Source: Octopus bimaculoides (Eukaryota). From it: a stretch of 64,000 bases of DNA. Position numbers and translations under genes: made by a program. Where the stretch lies: NCBI RefSeq assembly GCF_001194135.2, contig NC_068995.1, positions 33,211,187 to 33,275,186 of the forward strand, written 5' to 3'. The notes beneath the pieces were generated by a model that was given only the letters and a program-made list of their open reading frames with translations, did no database searches and had not been told where the DNA came from. Positions 36,428 to 50,493 of the stretch are shown in pieces. The first letter of the stretch is position 1, and each line of letters begins with the position of its first letter.

Positions 36428-36663
36428 ACACATACACATAGAGAGTGTATAAGTGTAATAGCGAGAGAAAGAGAGATCACCATGGTGAGTGGTTAAGATG
36501 TTCACATTGCAATCAAAAGACTCCTGGTTTAATCCCATTATGAAGTACTCCAGGTAAGCATCACTGACTCCAGCGTGGAGTTAACCCAACCCAAAACAGT
36601 GGTCAGTGAAATCAGGGAGATAGGAGCTGTTTGGAAATCAGTTGGATGGATTGAACCTGTAAT
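36428..36663 (+). repeat. 236-bp direct repeat, copy 2
   Basis: See 34856-35091. Confidence 0.9.
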
Positions 36664-36741
36664 AAAAGTTTACCTTGCATTTCAATTGCACTATTAACAT
36701 ATCTTTCTTGGGAATTACTTGTTCTGAAACTAGTTGCTTAC

Positions 36742-36814
36742 CTAGCTCTGCTAATTTATCAGTAGTTATTGTCAGCAGATGCCTGTTGAGATCAGTTTCA
36801 TCACTTGGTATCAT
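36742..36814 (-). CDS. Candidate internal exon (73 nt, phase 0 to 1; alternative donor at 36674 gives 141 nt)
   Basis: attttatattcaaggttttcag|ATG ATA CCA...CTA G|gtaagc; only frame 0 is open: MIPSDETDLNRHLLTITTDKLAEL. The frame stays open to a second donor AAG|gtaaac. Confidence 0.45.
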
Positions 36815-37242
36815 CTGAAAACCTTGAATATAAAATAATGGAAAATTAAGAGCTACCTGAAACATTGTCACATTACTCTGCAGTAGTCTCTTACAGCTGC
36901 AAATTGTTTTCAGGTGTTATAAAGAATTCCAGTGAAGATTCAGACTTAGATTTTCGATATAAACAAGTAGATGGCATCATCTTGGAAAATAAATTGTAAA
37001 CTGATTGTTGAGTATTTTAAAAGAAATATCTTCATTCCATATTACCGTATTTGGAATTTATTCAATGTCTAGGATGACATCTTTAAATTCTCAGAACTGA
37101 AAACCTATATTAGAAAAAAGTTTCACATGGTGACTTTATCTTTTAAACGAACTAGTTGATGTTCAAGAGAACTGTGAAAGATATTTAAGCTTCAGAACTG
37201 AACTAGATGTTTGTTTACCTCATCCAATAACATAGAGTGGGT

Positions 37243-37460
37243 AAGACAGCAAGCTGGCAGAATCGTTAGCATGCTGGGCAAAATGCTTAGTGGTATTTTG
37301 TCCATCTTCACATTCTGAGTTCAAATTCTGTCATAGTCGACTTTGCTTTTCATCCTTTCAGGGTCAATAAAATAAGTATCAGTTGAGTACTGGAGTCGAG
37401 GTAATTGATTTACCTCCTCCTTCAAAATTGTTGGCCTTGTGACAAAATATGAATCCAATA
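37243..37460 (+). mobile_element. SINE family B
   Basis: Family-B head and body; GAGTTCAAATTC. Confidence 0.85.
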
Positions 37461-38039
37461 ATGTAGAGTGAATGAATAAGTAGATGGACAGGTGTTTAAT
37501 ACCTTTGAATCTGAGGTACTTCAAAATAGCATGGCACATATTTATTAAATTTACTCTGCTTACTTCTTACCTTGACAGCTTTCATTAATTGACTGCAGCC
37601 AGTCATAAAAAAAAAACAGTATAAGTGCTGTCATGAGTTTTGAGATTCATAGGACCCAGTTTTCATTGTATATAAGCACCTGGGATCACAGCATTTCCCC
37701 GATGCCAGACCATTGTAAGGTTACTCATTTACAGTTGAATGAACTAGTGCCATGTGAAATGAAGTGTTTCACTCTAGATCACAATGCACCACTGGTCTGA
37801 GACTGAAACTATGATCTTGTGACTGTGAGTGCAGCATCCTAACCACTCAGCCATGTATCTTCATGGCCAGCTATAATCAGAGGGAAAATGCCCTCCTTTT
37901 TGATTTAGAGTCTCAGTATAATAAAATATAATTTAATCATAAGATTAAATAATTAATTGAATAATTAATTTATTTATGCAAGAATGTGTCATGACCAATG
38001 AGTAGCATAACATAGCAGTATCATTCTAAACTGTTACAG

Positions 38040-38270
38040 GTTCAAAGGGGATACACAAGAAAGAGGAAACTATAAAGGTATGAAACTGTTATATCAGGTT
38101 ATGAAAGTTACAGAAAGAGCTATTGCATAATTGATTATGAACAGGATTAGCCTAGATGAGACAACTGCAAGACAATTACTTAGCTAAGAGTAAGAACCTA
38201 TATCTGGTATTCATAGATGTGGAGAAGGCTTTGGCAGGGAACCTTGCTTTGTGATCTCGTAATCACTGAA
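38040..38270 (+). mobile_element. RTE reverse-transcriptase fragment
   Basis: KGDTQERGNYKGMKLLYQVMKVTER...ISLDE...YLAKSKNLYLVFIDVEKA. Confidence 0.8.
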
Positions 38271-39533
38271 AAGTCATTGGGTAAAAGCTGAAGACTACAC
38301 TATCCCATCAGTTATTATTAAGGCCCATCCAATAATGTCTGAAGGGCCAAAACTTTCTGTGAGTACAAAATATCTCAACCTCATTATCTTTATTAAATAA
38401 ACAGTTATTACTGGCTAATATAATTTCTGGCCCCTTTTGATGCAATGTGGGCAGGGATGTCTTTCCCCTAGTAAGGCCATGTATCCCATACCACAGACCA
38501 CTTCAAGAGAGACTACATTGCACTGAAGATGAAACAAGGGGGAGTTTATCTCAAATACACTCAAAATATTAAACACCAAAAATATCACGTTTCACAATAA
38601 CTATGTTTGATTGAATAAAGTATTTAATAGTTTTCTGTATTTTAAATCACTTATATTTTTCAATATACATTTTAAGTACTCCAAAATACATTTTGTTTTT
38701 TTGCTCTAAAGTGCACCACAAGTAAAAAAAAAACTGCTCTAGACTAAAATATATTCACAGTTCCACTGAAAATCAATTTGTGTCAACTGTTACAATAAGT
38801 ATCATTATTTAAGAGAAATAGCATCTCTCTTGCTTGTTACCCTCTTACTCCCTTTTCTCTTTGTCCCTCCTTCTCCCTTTACCCTGTTCACCTTCAACCC
38901 TTCCTTTACCCCATCACCCCTCCTTCCTCCTTGCCCTCTTTCACTTCCCTCCTGCTCCCTTGCTCTTTTCTTTTCTTTCATCACGTCTGAGTTTTAATTC
39001 CATTTTAGACCTTTGTAAATTGTAAACTGAAGATAATATTTGGTAAGTTATTCATTCTGCCAGCATAGTAAAAAAAAAAAAAAACGACCATTAAAACAAT
39101 AAGGACAACAATAATGCAGATATGCTGACAAAATGTGATGCCTATTAGCTATTCAGTAGACATAATACACTTCACTGTCTTCTAAAACACAAATGATGAA
39201 GATAATAGACAAAACATTTGAACCACTCCAGCAACAACTCATCTCAGAAATATAGATTTATAAATTTAATTATATAAATATCTGGGAAATTATATATATA
39301 TATATCTACAAATTACTGCCACAAATAGCTATTGTCATTGAGTTTAACAAACTCATAGACTTACTGTTTGCTTCCTTTTCAAACAAGAAACTGTCTTTGC
39401 ACAACCATTTAATGACAAATGCAGGTTTTAGAATCTAGAAAATTCTCAGGTATATCAATAGAGAATATAATAGAGAAAAATGATTCTAGATTCTTTTTCA
39501 TCACATTACTGGTGATGATGATGATGATGATGA

Positions 39534-39565
<32 letters not shown>

Positions 39566-40107
39566 TTTACCCTACAATTCTACCAGATACCTTTAGATCT
39601 GTAAAGATTTTTATTCACTTTCAGAAAATTGTATCTGACTTTGTGTCTTTCTTTCATGTCTTTCACTATTGATATCCATTACTATCTCATGATTAAAATA
39701 GCTAATAGCATTTAGTTGTGGCACTAGTCTTATCACTTTTGCCAATTTGTAAATATGTGCTTCAGGCTACACTGCATTCAACAAATAGATTTCATTTCAG
39801 ATATTTCTTCATATTCAAGTTTTCTATTGTACATACATCTTTACACCTTTACAAGTTGAAGTTGTAAATATTATAACAGCTTGAACAAAATTGTCCCTAA
39901 CTTCATTGTTTTGTCTGAAATCACCAGTTCCCCTTGAAATTACTTCTTCTCCAACCTATTTAATATTGAGTTCTGAGATGTAGAGATGTATTCACTATAG
40001 ATGATAGACTTTTTCGTATTTTTTTTAAGTACACCAAGGACTATATGAAATGGAAAACCATTGTGTGTGTGGGAGGGACAATATTGGATAGATGTGGTCA
40101 CCCGTGA

Positions 40108-40331
40108 CCCTTTTGAAACCAACCCATCTGAGTCAGCCCCTGATTTTATGATAAAATTTTACAGTTATAAAGTGATTTAAATTAAAGCTTTCCTTCAAAA
40201 TTCAGTGTTCATTTTATGTTCCAAATGCCAGCTTAATAATGATGAAATTATTTTTATAAATTCTTCATTATGTTTCAGAATTAACTGGAATAAATGCTGC
40301 ATATTTCAACAGAAATATGGTAATGAAAGGA
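40108..40331. mobile_element. Decayed piggyBac-like MITE (second family)
   Basis: Ends CCCTTTTGAAACC and AAATATGGTAATGAAAGG; a related left end TTAACCCCTTAGTTACCATATTTCTG is at ~22681. Confidence 0.5.
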
Positions 40332-40884
40332 TCAAAGATATAAAGACCTCACAGCTCCCTTAAATTTTCAGAGGATACTTTCCTTATCATCAGGACCTGA
40401 AAGATGTCCTTTTCTTTCGTACGAAATTTCTCTCGGAGACCCTGAAGTAAACTGACTTTTTATTTTAGTTATTTTTATTTTATAAAGCAATTTGTAAACA
40501 ACAGCAGGGTTGGCAACAGGCCTAAGGTGAAAACGACAAGAAGGTGTCAATGGTCTTTCAGTTTCTCATCAATTTAAATTGCAGAAGATAAACATTTCTA
40601 TGTACATGTCTGTGTGTGCATGTGTGTAGGTATGTATGATGGGTTTTTAACACATTTTCCACCAGCTAAATTTCATTAACAAGCTATTATTAGTCAACCT
40701 GAGGTTATGGTAGACGATAATTGCAGGCAATGGGATTAAGCCTAAGACCACAATTTGTTAAATGAACTTTTTTACCCTACAGCCATGTCTGTCTGTGCCA
40801 TAAGAGCAGGAATAAAATTGCTTAGTGGATAGAACAGATACAGGTGGTGGTATAATAATAATAATAATAATAATAACAACAACA

Positions 40885-41104
40885 ACAACAATCCGTTCTA
40901 ATATAGGCAAAAGACCAGAAATTTAAGAGGAGGAGGCTAGTTGACAGCATCAACCCCAGCGCGTAACTGGTACTTATTTCATTGACCCCAAAAAGGATGA
41001 AAGGCAAAGTCAACTCCGGAGGAATTTGAACTCAGAATATAAGGACAGTCGAAATGCTGTTATGTATTTTTCCAGCTTACTAACAAGTCTGCCAGCTCAC
41101 TGCC

Positions 41105-41156
<52 letters not shown>

Positions 41157-41157
41157 T

Positions 41158-41196
<39 letters not shown>

Positions 41197-41440
41197 AATA
41201 ATAATAATAATAATAATAATAATCCTTTCTACTATAACCACAAGGCCTGAAATTTGGTGGGAGGGGAGTAGTCAATTACATCGACCCCAGTGTTTCACTG
41301 GTACTTAATTTATCAACCCTGAAAGGATGAAAGCAAAGTTGACCTCGGCAGAATTTGAACTCAGAGTGTAGCGACAGGCAAAATACTTCTAAGCATTTTG
41401 TCCAGCGTGCTAACGATTCTACCAGCTTGCTGCCTTCTTA
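40885..41440 (-). mobile_element. Two tandem SINE family B copies separated by (AAT/AAC)n
   Basis: Copies at ~40885-41107 and ~41222-41440; the microsatellite at 41107-41222 is the second copy's tail. Confidence 0.85.
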
Positions 41441-41451
41441 ATAATAATAAT

Positions 41452-41514
<63 letters not shown>

Positions 41515-41660
41515 ATCGGCATGGCCAGAATAATCAGGAAAGTATTAGATAGCTGAAAAGAACAGATAGCATGGTACCTTAGGCTGCAGGTAGCAAGCCC
41601 GCTCTGCATGTAAGACACCAGGGGCTCTAACAGCACCTGTCATAAAGAGAAATAATAATA
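41515..41660 (+). mobile_element. Very short R4/Dong-like 3' tail
   Basis: IGMARIIRKVLDS* (compare LLGTAHILRKTL at 5.8 kb), then a ~100-nt UTR; flanked by (AAC)n and (AAT)n. Confidence 0.55.
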
Positions 41661-41916
41661 ATTACCGTTGTTGTTGTTGTTGTTATTATCATCATAAGTA
41701 GTAGCAGCAGCGGCAGTAGTAGTAGTAGTAGTAGTAGTAGTAGTTTTTCTTTTCCTTTCAATTTTGTTTCCATTTCTTCCTGAGAGTCTTCTTGATACCT
41801 AGAGCAAAGAAACTCATTGTATACATTGGTAGGTCATTAAAATAAATACACTAGATTGTTCATTTACAAAATCAAGTTATGTGAAAGGGAAAAAAGAAAA
41901 AGAAAAAATTTACATA

Positions 41917-42320
41917 GGTGCAAGCATGGATGTGTGGCAAGAAGCTTGCCTCTAACCACATAGTTCCAGGTTCAATCCCATTGCATGACACTTTGGTCAA
42001 GTGTCTTCTATTATAACCTCAGGCTGACCAAAGCCTTGTGAGTGGATTTGGTAGAGAGAAACTGAAAGAAGCACGTCATATATATATACTGTATGTATAT
42101 TTCTATGTGCCTGTCTTTGTGCTTTGTTTATCCTCCACCACCACTTGACAACCAGTGATGGTATGTTTATGTTCCTGTAACTTAGTGGTTCAGCAAAAGA
42201 TTCCAACAGAATAAGTACCAGGCTTTAAAAAAATTAGTCCTGGAGTTGATTTGTTTGACTAAAAACCCTTCAAGACGGGCCCCAGCATGGCCACAGTCAA
42301 ATGACTGAAACACATAAAAA
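41917..42320 (+). mobile_element. SINE family A
   Basis: Head, GGTCAAGTGTCTTCTATTATAACCTC core, internal (TA)n and ...GACTGAAAC tail. Confidence 0.85.
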
Positions 42321-42394
42321 AATTTTTAAATGGTTTGTAATCATTCTCACAGTAACAATGTTCTTATAAATATGTGTAATGTATCAGTTAGAAT

Positions 42395-42727
42395 AAGTGC
42401 CCAGCGTCGCCTTCCTGGCACTTGTGCCGGTGGCACGTGTAAAGACATTCGGGCGAGATCGCTGCCAGTGCCGCTGGACTGGCTCCTGTGCAGGTGGCAC
42501 ATAAAACACACCATTTTGAGCATGGCCATTGCCAGTACCGTCTGACTGGCCTTCGTGCTGGTGGCACATAAAAGCACCCACTACACTCTCGGAGTGGTTG
42601 GCATTAGGAAGGGCATCCAGCTGTTGAAACTCTGCCAGATCAGATTGGAACCTGGTGCAACCATCTGGTTCACCAGTCCTCAGTCAAATTGTCCAACCCA
42701 TGCTAGCATGGAAAGCAGACGTTAAAC

Positions 42728-42759
<32 letters not shown>

Positions 42760-42765
42760 CGACGA
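42395..42765 (+). mobile_element. RTE 3'-UTR-derived repeat with (GAT)n tail
   Basis: GTTGGCATTAGGAAGGGCATCCAGCTG...CCAACCCATGCTAGCATGGAAAGCAGACGTTAAACGATGATG. Confidence 0.85.
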
Positions 42766-43110
42766 CTTCTTGCACAGATGGTAAGCCAGAGATCATTCTC
42801 AAATAATTTTCAGTTTCTTTTTTTGATCATTCCAAGTGCTCTTACAATCATTTGTATTGCAACCACCTTGAGATGCTATATTTTTTTTAATTTCAATCAG
42901 CAAATCTTTACATTTTCTAAGCTTGTCAAATTCTTTTTTCAAGATATTATGGTCTTGAAGAATACTCATGTTGATTAATAAACAAACTTTATCGTTTTGG
43001 TCTTTCACAACAATATCCAGTTTATTAGCTTTGTTACTTGTCTGTATGTACTGGAAAGTTCAAAAGAATTGTTACATTTTCTCCCTCGATTTCACCCTCA
43101 GGGTATAATG
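42765..43110 (-). mobile_element. Decayed R4/Dong-like RLE domain
   Basis: EGENVTIL..FPVHTDK...ANKLDIVVKDQNDKVCLLINMSILQDHNILKKEFDKL..KDLLIEI...IVRALGMIKK. Confidence 0.8.
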
Positions 43111-43182
43111 CTTCACCCTTTGTCAACAGTTTTGATTTTATAATGTCAACATATTAACCAGTGTAGATATTGGCTATTGTTA

Positions 43183-43237
<55 letters not shown>

Positions 43238-43854
43238 TTATACAGCAATCAAATCAGATAAATCTGATAATAGAAAACTAATATTTTGAATCCGTTCAAA
43301 AATGTTTGTATGCTTGTTTGTTTTGGCAATGAGGTGTTTCAGGAGGTTGATCCACAGCATTTTCTTTGCCCACCACCCCACCACGGATCCATCCAAAATT
43401 TAAGGAGGTATTCTTGCACTTGCACCCTCTACACACCCCAATGGTCTATACCTATTTCTGGTCATTAATTCATGGATAATACTTCTAGATTCTTAGTAGT
43501 TCAAATGGTTATTTCTCTTTAACATTTCCTAGACATAGATCTTTATTTCTCTATTGTTTACCAAACATAATATTGGTAGTATTCCGCAGAAATAATCTTC
43601 TCTGAATAAATCTCTTTGATGCCAGGAGAGACTTCAGGCCTCAACATCACCTGAATTCTGTTTCCATTCCAACTAACAGATATTATTTGCATGATTGAGC
43701 ATTGTCATTATGATTATTTATGAATATTTCTGTGTACTTTTTACTTCTGGATCACTGAAATATTCGGCTTCAGGACCGGAAATTTCTTCAGCTCTCCATG
43801 ATTGATGATTATCAACAAAACACAATATATCAGGTCTAGTGTTGTTGCTGTCAC

Positions 43855-43894
<40 letters not shown>

Positions 43895-43906
43895 ACGCAC
43901 ACGCAC

Positions 43907-43949
<43 letters not shown>

Positions 43950-44339
43950 CATATAGGCTCAGGCATTAAGATTATGTTCAGCTGATTGGCTAACCTTCAC
44001 ATCACCACCATACTGCATTCACTAACGTTCCAATGTGTCACATAATTCCTCAGTGTCTTCTAGTGATGCTACAATGGCTCTTTTCTGCTTTGAAATATCA
44101 TACTGTCTTCTTCTTTGATCAAGCCCACTCCCTTCTCTCGTCATCCCTGATGTATTTCAAACCTAGTACTAAACATTTATCTCAACCCTTTATTCCAAGA
44201 AATGCAACCATCAGGCATTTCTCCACCCCCATCCCACCCTTACGTTTCCTGTTTTATGTGCTCGCATTAGTTTGCAGAACATCAAACACATCAACCTCTT
44301 CTGTCTGGGAAAACTTGCAAATGTTATGAGCAATGTCTT

Positions 44340-45182
<843 letters not shown>

Positions 45183-45578
45183 TACTAAGATTCTGTATTA
45201 TTTGTCAAAGTCACCATGTCTCCTCCAGATGGTCTGATTCCAAGACAGATATCTCCAGGGTTCATTCTATGTTTTGCTTCATTGTACTTTTAAAGTAGAT
45301 ACTATGATCCAAAGTCTTATCTCTATGACATTATTCATATTCTTTTATATTATACTTTTACACATTTCTGTCCAAAGGCTGTGACCATGCTGGAGCACCA
45401 CCAGTATATATTCATCTCTACCAAATATTTTAATCATTATTTATGCTATAACAGATCTTGCAATATTTCTGATCAAATAGAGACTCCTTCTTCACTATTA
45501 GAATACCTTATCTACCCACTTCAATACAACTATGATTCAAATATTATATATGCCGACGCAGGCGATAGCTTTTATATA

Positions 45579-45985
45579 GGCACAGGAGTGGCTGTGTGGT
45601 AAGTAGCTTGCTTACCAGCCACATGGTTCCAGGTTCAGTCCCACTGCGTGGCACCTTGGGCAAGTGTCTTTCTACTATAGCCTCAGGCAGACCAAAGCCT
45701 TGTGAGTGGATTTGGTAGACGGAAACTGAAAGAAGCCTGTCGTATATATGTATATATATATGTGTGTCTGTGTGTCTGTGTTTGTCCCCCCACCATCGCT
45801 TGACAACCGATGCTGGTGTGTTTACGTCCCCGTAACTTAGCGATTCAGCAAAAAGAGACCGATAGAATAAGTACTAGGCTTACAAAGAATAAGTCCTGGG
45901 GTCGATTTGCTCAACTAAAGGCGGTGCTCCAGCATGGCCACAGTCAAATGACTGAAACAAGTAAAAGAGTAAAAGAGTAAAGAGA
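45579..45985 (+). mobile_element. SINE family A, full length (CORE-type by resemblance)
   Basis: tRNA-like head (TGGCTGTGTGG; GGTTCAGTCCC); core ACCTTGGGCAAGTGTCTTTCTACTATAGCCTC resembling the MIR CORE; internal microsatellite; (GAGTAAAA)n tail. I cannot map it to a named octopus family without a search. Confidence 0.9.
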
Positions 45986-47822
45986 AGGTAACTGCAGGAT
46001 TTCAGCCTATTGAGATTCTCAGTTATCAAAATAGACCCATTATTACCCATGGAAACACATATTTTAAGGCAGCAAGCTGCCAGAACCATTTGTACCTGGA
46101 TAAAATGCAGCATTTTATCTGTCTTTACATCACCACCATACTTTGCCTTTCATCTTTTGGGGGTTGATAAAATAAGTACCAGTTGAGTGCTGGGGTTAAT
46201 GTAATTGACTTACTCCCTGCCCCGAAATTGCTGGCTTTGTGCCAAAATTTGAAATCGTTATTACACATCAAATTTGCATTTACCTGTATGTTATGTATTT
46301 GTATGCTATATACTCATACTTGACCCAGACGAAGAAGATTCATCTAAACCTGTCAATCCTACCACCAACAACAACAACTACATATGTGGAATGAATACAT
46401 CTATACATCTTTCTCAGAGTGGAACAGCCTACTTCTTTGTAACGTATGGTACTTTTTTTTTTTGTCTATGGCCCTTAATCATTCTTCTTTCTCAAATTTG
46501 AATGGAATTCTTCAAATTATGGTAAACTGATGTTAAATGACATCACTGAATGTTTTACAAGATTATTTTAAATTATTCTCTATATGTTATCCTATCTTGG
46601 AAATAATTCCTTGGCAATTTTCTCGGAAAATTCTTCTTTGTTATCTTTGATATTTTAGCAACTTTAAAGGGATGCTTTTATAATTGCTTACTTTCCCTGA
46701 TATCTTTCTCTTCTTTCTTATTTACTTATCAAGTTTCTTATAGTACAAATGTTATTTATCCTTCTCATCATTCTTGAATTCTTACACATTTTCTTTGCTT
46801 TCTATTTCAGTCTGCAGCTCAGTTTTTGCTTTATTTTGCAGCTGACATTTATCTTTATGGAATTCTATATCAATTGTTCAAACAGCCAGGTGGATAACAT
46901 GTCAATATGATAGTAGAAAGGTTGGTCGGTTCATATTTGTCTGCCAGTTCTGAACTCTTTCTCTAGATAAGACGTTAAATCTTTTCTGACATACATACTT
47001 GTCAGCAGAGTAGATAAGGATTGAGGAAGATCAATGAGCTAACTGAAAAAAATGAGTGTTAGATTTGCATATCAAACCAAATATTTCCCATGAAAGCAAA
47101 TGAGGAACATCCAATTAAACAATTATTTTAAAATAATTTTCTGACCTTGCATAAATCTTCATTATGTCTCCTTTGTGTTCCCTCAGTGTTTGGGGAATAT
47201 AAAGTGGTCATTTCACATAAGACCTATTTGTGCACTATGCTTCTAAATAATAGGTACCCTGTTAATTATATGGATATTTTAGTGATTGACTTAGCCTCCA
47301 TAATAACATCATTTATCCTAAGTTATTATTAATTTCTCTGTCTGTCAATAATAATAAATTGAAGACAAAAATGGAATTCGTGTGAATGTTATCTAAATAT
47401 CATTAGAGTCAGACCGTTAAAAATAACTTGTGTTGCTATCAGTGATGGAATTAATAGTTCATATTTATTGCAAGCAGAGAAATATTCCTCATAAAATAAA
47501 TTAAATCAATAGATATTGTTGGATTACCATTGTTGATATGAGAAATAGAAAACTAATCTTCTATGCTTTATTTGTGTTATATTTTCTATTTTTGTCTTCC
47601 TATTGAAGAATCATTCCCCACTTCACCATTTAGACAGTGATTTCTACAGCAAAGAGATCTTCTCTTAGCTAAGTGTCTTTAATAAATCAGAAGCTATTCA
47701 CTGGATGGTAATGTATCTTAATCTGTTTGGTATTTGGTATTGTTGCTTTAATCAACTGATGAAATGTATTCTATCATTTCCCTGGAAAGATAAAATACAA
47801 ACACAACCCTAGCAGAATTTAA

Positions 47823-48046
47823 CCCTTTAGCATTTAAACTGACTATATTAGACCCAAATATTCTATCTGTTTTATGTTCAAACAGGCCAGCTTCAGCCTC
47901 TCACACCTACTCTACACAATGCCATTCTAAAAAAATAAACCATCACATCATCAAAATCTCAAAGATACAAGATAATATATGAATAATTCAAAACAATGTA
48001 AATAAATAAGCATTAAATTTGACAGAGTAATCTGAATATTAAAGGG
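47823..48046 (+). mobile_element. piggyBac-like MITE, 224 bp, TTAA TSD
   Basis: TTAA|CCCTTTAGCATT...AATATTAAAGGG|TTAA; further copies at 19858 and 63093 (partial). Confidence 0.85.
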
Positions 48047-48752
48047 TTAAACATACTTAGGTCAATTTTTCAGTACTCTACTGATTCTGTTAACCTATGA
48101 TCCTTAAAAAGAATGAATCGTAATGAAATATGAAACTGAACCTTTTTTATTTATGTTCCACATCAGAAATACCATTGAGGAATCAACAACAGACTGATAT
48201 TTCATTTCATTAACTGATATAAGCTGACACAAGTCATTGCTATTAAGTGAATTTAAACAAGGAGGGATGCACTTACAATTGGAAAAACATTGTTAAAGGT
48301 TGTGTTTCATCATAGTTTTATAGGACTATAGTTATACTTACTGACTGTTATTATTTACTGAATGCCCACCTCATACTTTCAACATGTGTTCAAAAACTAT
48401 GAAATGCAGTTATACTGCATTTTCATAAAAACTATGAAATGAAGTTATACTTTTGATTAAGGTGCGTACATAACTCACATCTATTTTACCTTCTATAAAA
48501 TGGTTATTAGTCATGTTTCAGGTAGTAATGTTTTTCTGAGAATGACCTTAGGATATAAAAGGAAAAAGGACAATGTAGAATACATCCCTTTTCCACTAGC
48601 TGAAAACCCCTCCACAACTCAACAATTTGTTAGTGTCAATATGAAATTTTATGATTATCATGCAGCTACCTGTATTTGTAAGTTATAAAAATGTCTTGTG
48701 GAAATGTAATTAAAATCCTTTTATAACTTAGGAAAATAAACAGGCAAAATTT

Positions 48753-49715
48753 CAGGTCATCCCATAAATAATGCATTTTTTAATACTTTTATTTTTCAAA
48801 ATTAAGATAAACAAATTTCTTTTTTAATCTAAAATACACTCTCCTTCATTTTCTACAATGCTCTTCCATTTGTCTGGTAGACTTGCAAGGCCCCTCTTCC
48901 CAAATTCACTTGTCCACGACAAAAAATACTCCTCCAGTACTGCTCTGACCTCCTCTACAGAATTCATGTTTTTTTCCATCCAAATGATTTTGAAGACTAT
49001 GGAATAAATAATGATCAGATGGGGCAATGTCCAGCAAATATGGTGGGTGGGGCACTGTTTCTCATACAAACTTCTTCAGCCTTTGGAATGTCATCGTCAC
49101 TGTATATGGCTGAGCATTATCCTGATGGAAGAACACCTTTTGTCTTGAGACCAAAGATGGTTGTTTTTCTTCTAGCACTGACTTAAGTCGCTCAAGCTGC
49201 TCCCAGTAGATCTTCTTTGTTGTCATTTTGTTTGGGTTTGAAAGTTCTAAGTGAACTAAACCTTTCATATCCCACCAAACAGATAGCAACACCTTACATG
49301 GGTGAAGACCATCTTTAGCCTGGGGTGCTGGTGTTTCTCCTTTCCCTACCCACTGTATTTGGTGTTTGACATTTTTATAGAGAACCCATTTCTCATCACC
49401 AGTCACTATTTGGTCCAAAACAGCTTCATTTGTGATACGTGATAGCAAAGAAGAGCTCACATTCACTCTCTGCATGTGATTAGACTTGGAAAGTTTGTGA
49501 GGAACCCATTACCCCAATTTACTGACTTTTCCAATGACACGCAGTTGTCATTGAATGGTTGAATAACCAAATCCAAGATTCTATGCTAGTTCCTCAACAG
49601 TTACAATGGGATTTTGTTCCACCAGGATTTACAGGACATTCTCGTCGAGCTCTACAAATCTTCCAGCATGAGGTTGATCTTCTAGGCTGTAGTTTGTGGC
49701 TCAAAATTTCTGGAA
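48753..49715 (-). mobile_element. Decayed mariner (Mos1/SETMAR-type D,D34D) element
   Basis: SLEDQPHAGR...WVPHKL...IVTGDEKWVLY...KVLLSVWWD...FHQDNAQP...PHPPYLLDIAPSDHYLF; probable TIR CAGGTCATCCCATAAATAATGC at 48753; 5' end cut by a SINE-C. Confidence 0.93.
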
Positions 49716-50042
49716 GCACCATGGACACTGGCTTATGCTTATTGTCCGATCCCCATATACTGCAAGGGTTCCAGTTGATCTGATCAACAGAACAGCCTGC
49801 TCATGAAATTAACATGCAAGTGGCTGAGCACTCCACAGACATGTGTACCCTTAACATAGTTCTCAGAGAGATTCAGCATGGCCCTTTGAAATACAGGTAC
49901 TACTCATTTTTGCCAGGTGAGTGGACTGGAGCAACATGAAATAAAGTGTCTTGCTCAAGAACACAACATGTTGCCAGGAATTGAACTCATGACCTTATGA
50001 TCATGAGCCAAATACCTTAATCCCTAAGCCAAGCACCTTCAC
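49715..50042 (-). mobile_element. SINE family C abutting the mariner
   Basis: Reverse complement of the 16676-16997 element. Confidence 0.85.
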
Positions 50043-50493
50043 ATATGTGTGTGTATTTGTGTCTGTATTAATCCCCCATCCACTGTTTGACAACTGGTGC
50101 TGGTGTGTTTATATCCCTGTAACTTAGTGGTTTGGCAAATGAAATCAATAGAATAAGTACCAAGCTTAAAAAATAAGTACTGGAATCAATTTATTCGACT
50201 AAAAATTCTTCAAGATGGTGCTCCAGCATGGCTGCAGTCTAATAACTGCAACAAGTAAAAGATAATCCACTTAAAATAGTAAAAAAAAAAACTATTTTAA
50301 CATACCATATGCAAATTAACCAACTTCAAAAACAGGGTCTGTTTATTCAGTACAGGCTACAGTAATGCATAGCATTTTGGTAGGCATATTCTTGAAAGAA
50401 ATTGAAGGAATCCACTAATCTTAATCAGAAAACATATCTAATGGCCTTTTAGATAAGGTTATAAATGAAAGTTGAAATAAATTCACACAAATA

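Noticed and set aside
36900-37240. Plus-strand peptides (YFKRNIFIPY; DDIFKFSELK...) suggesting exons or a hAT transposase relic
   Set aside because: Broken by stops and frameshifts; the similarity is too weak to call either way.
40372-40446. Plus-strand open exon candidate RGYFPYHQDLKDVLFFRTKFLSETL
   Set aside because: The same bases are open on the minus strand and the donor is weak; the strand cannot be decided, so no feature is called.
46325-46355. Possible degenerate hammerhead core (CAGACGA...TAAAC)
   Set aside because: Both conserved boxes (CUGANGA and GAAA) are mutated and I could not build the stems.
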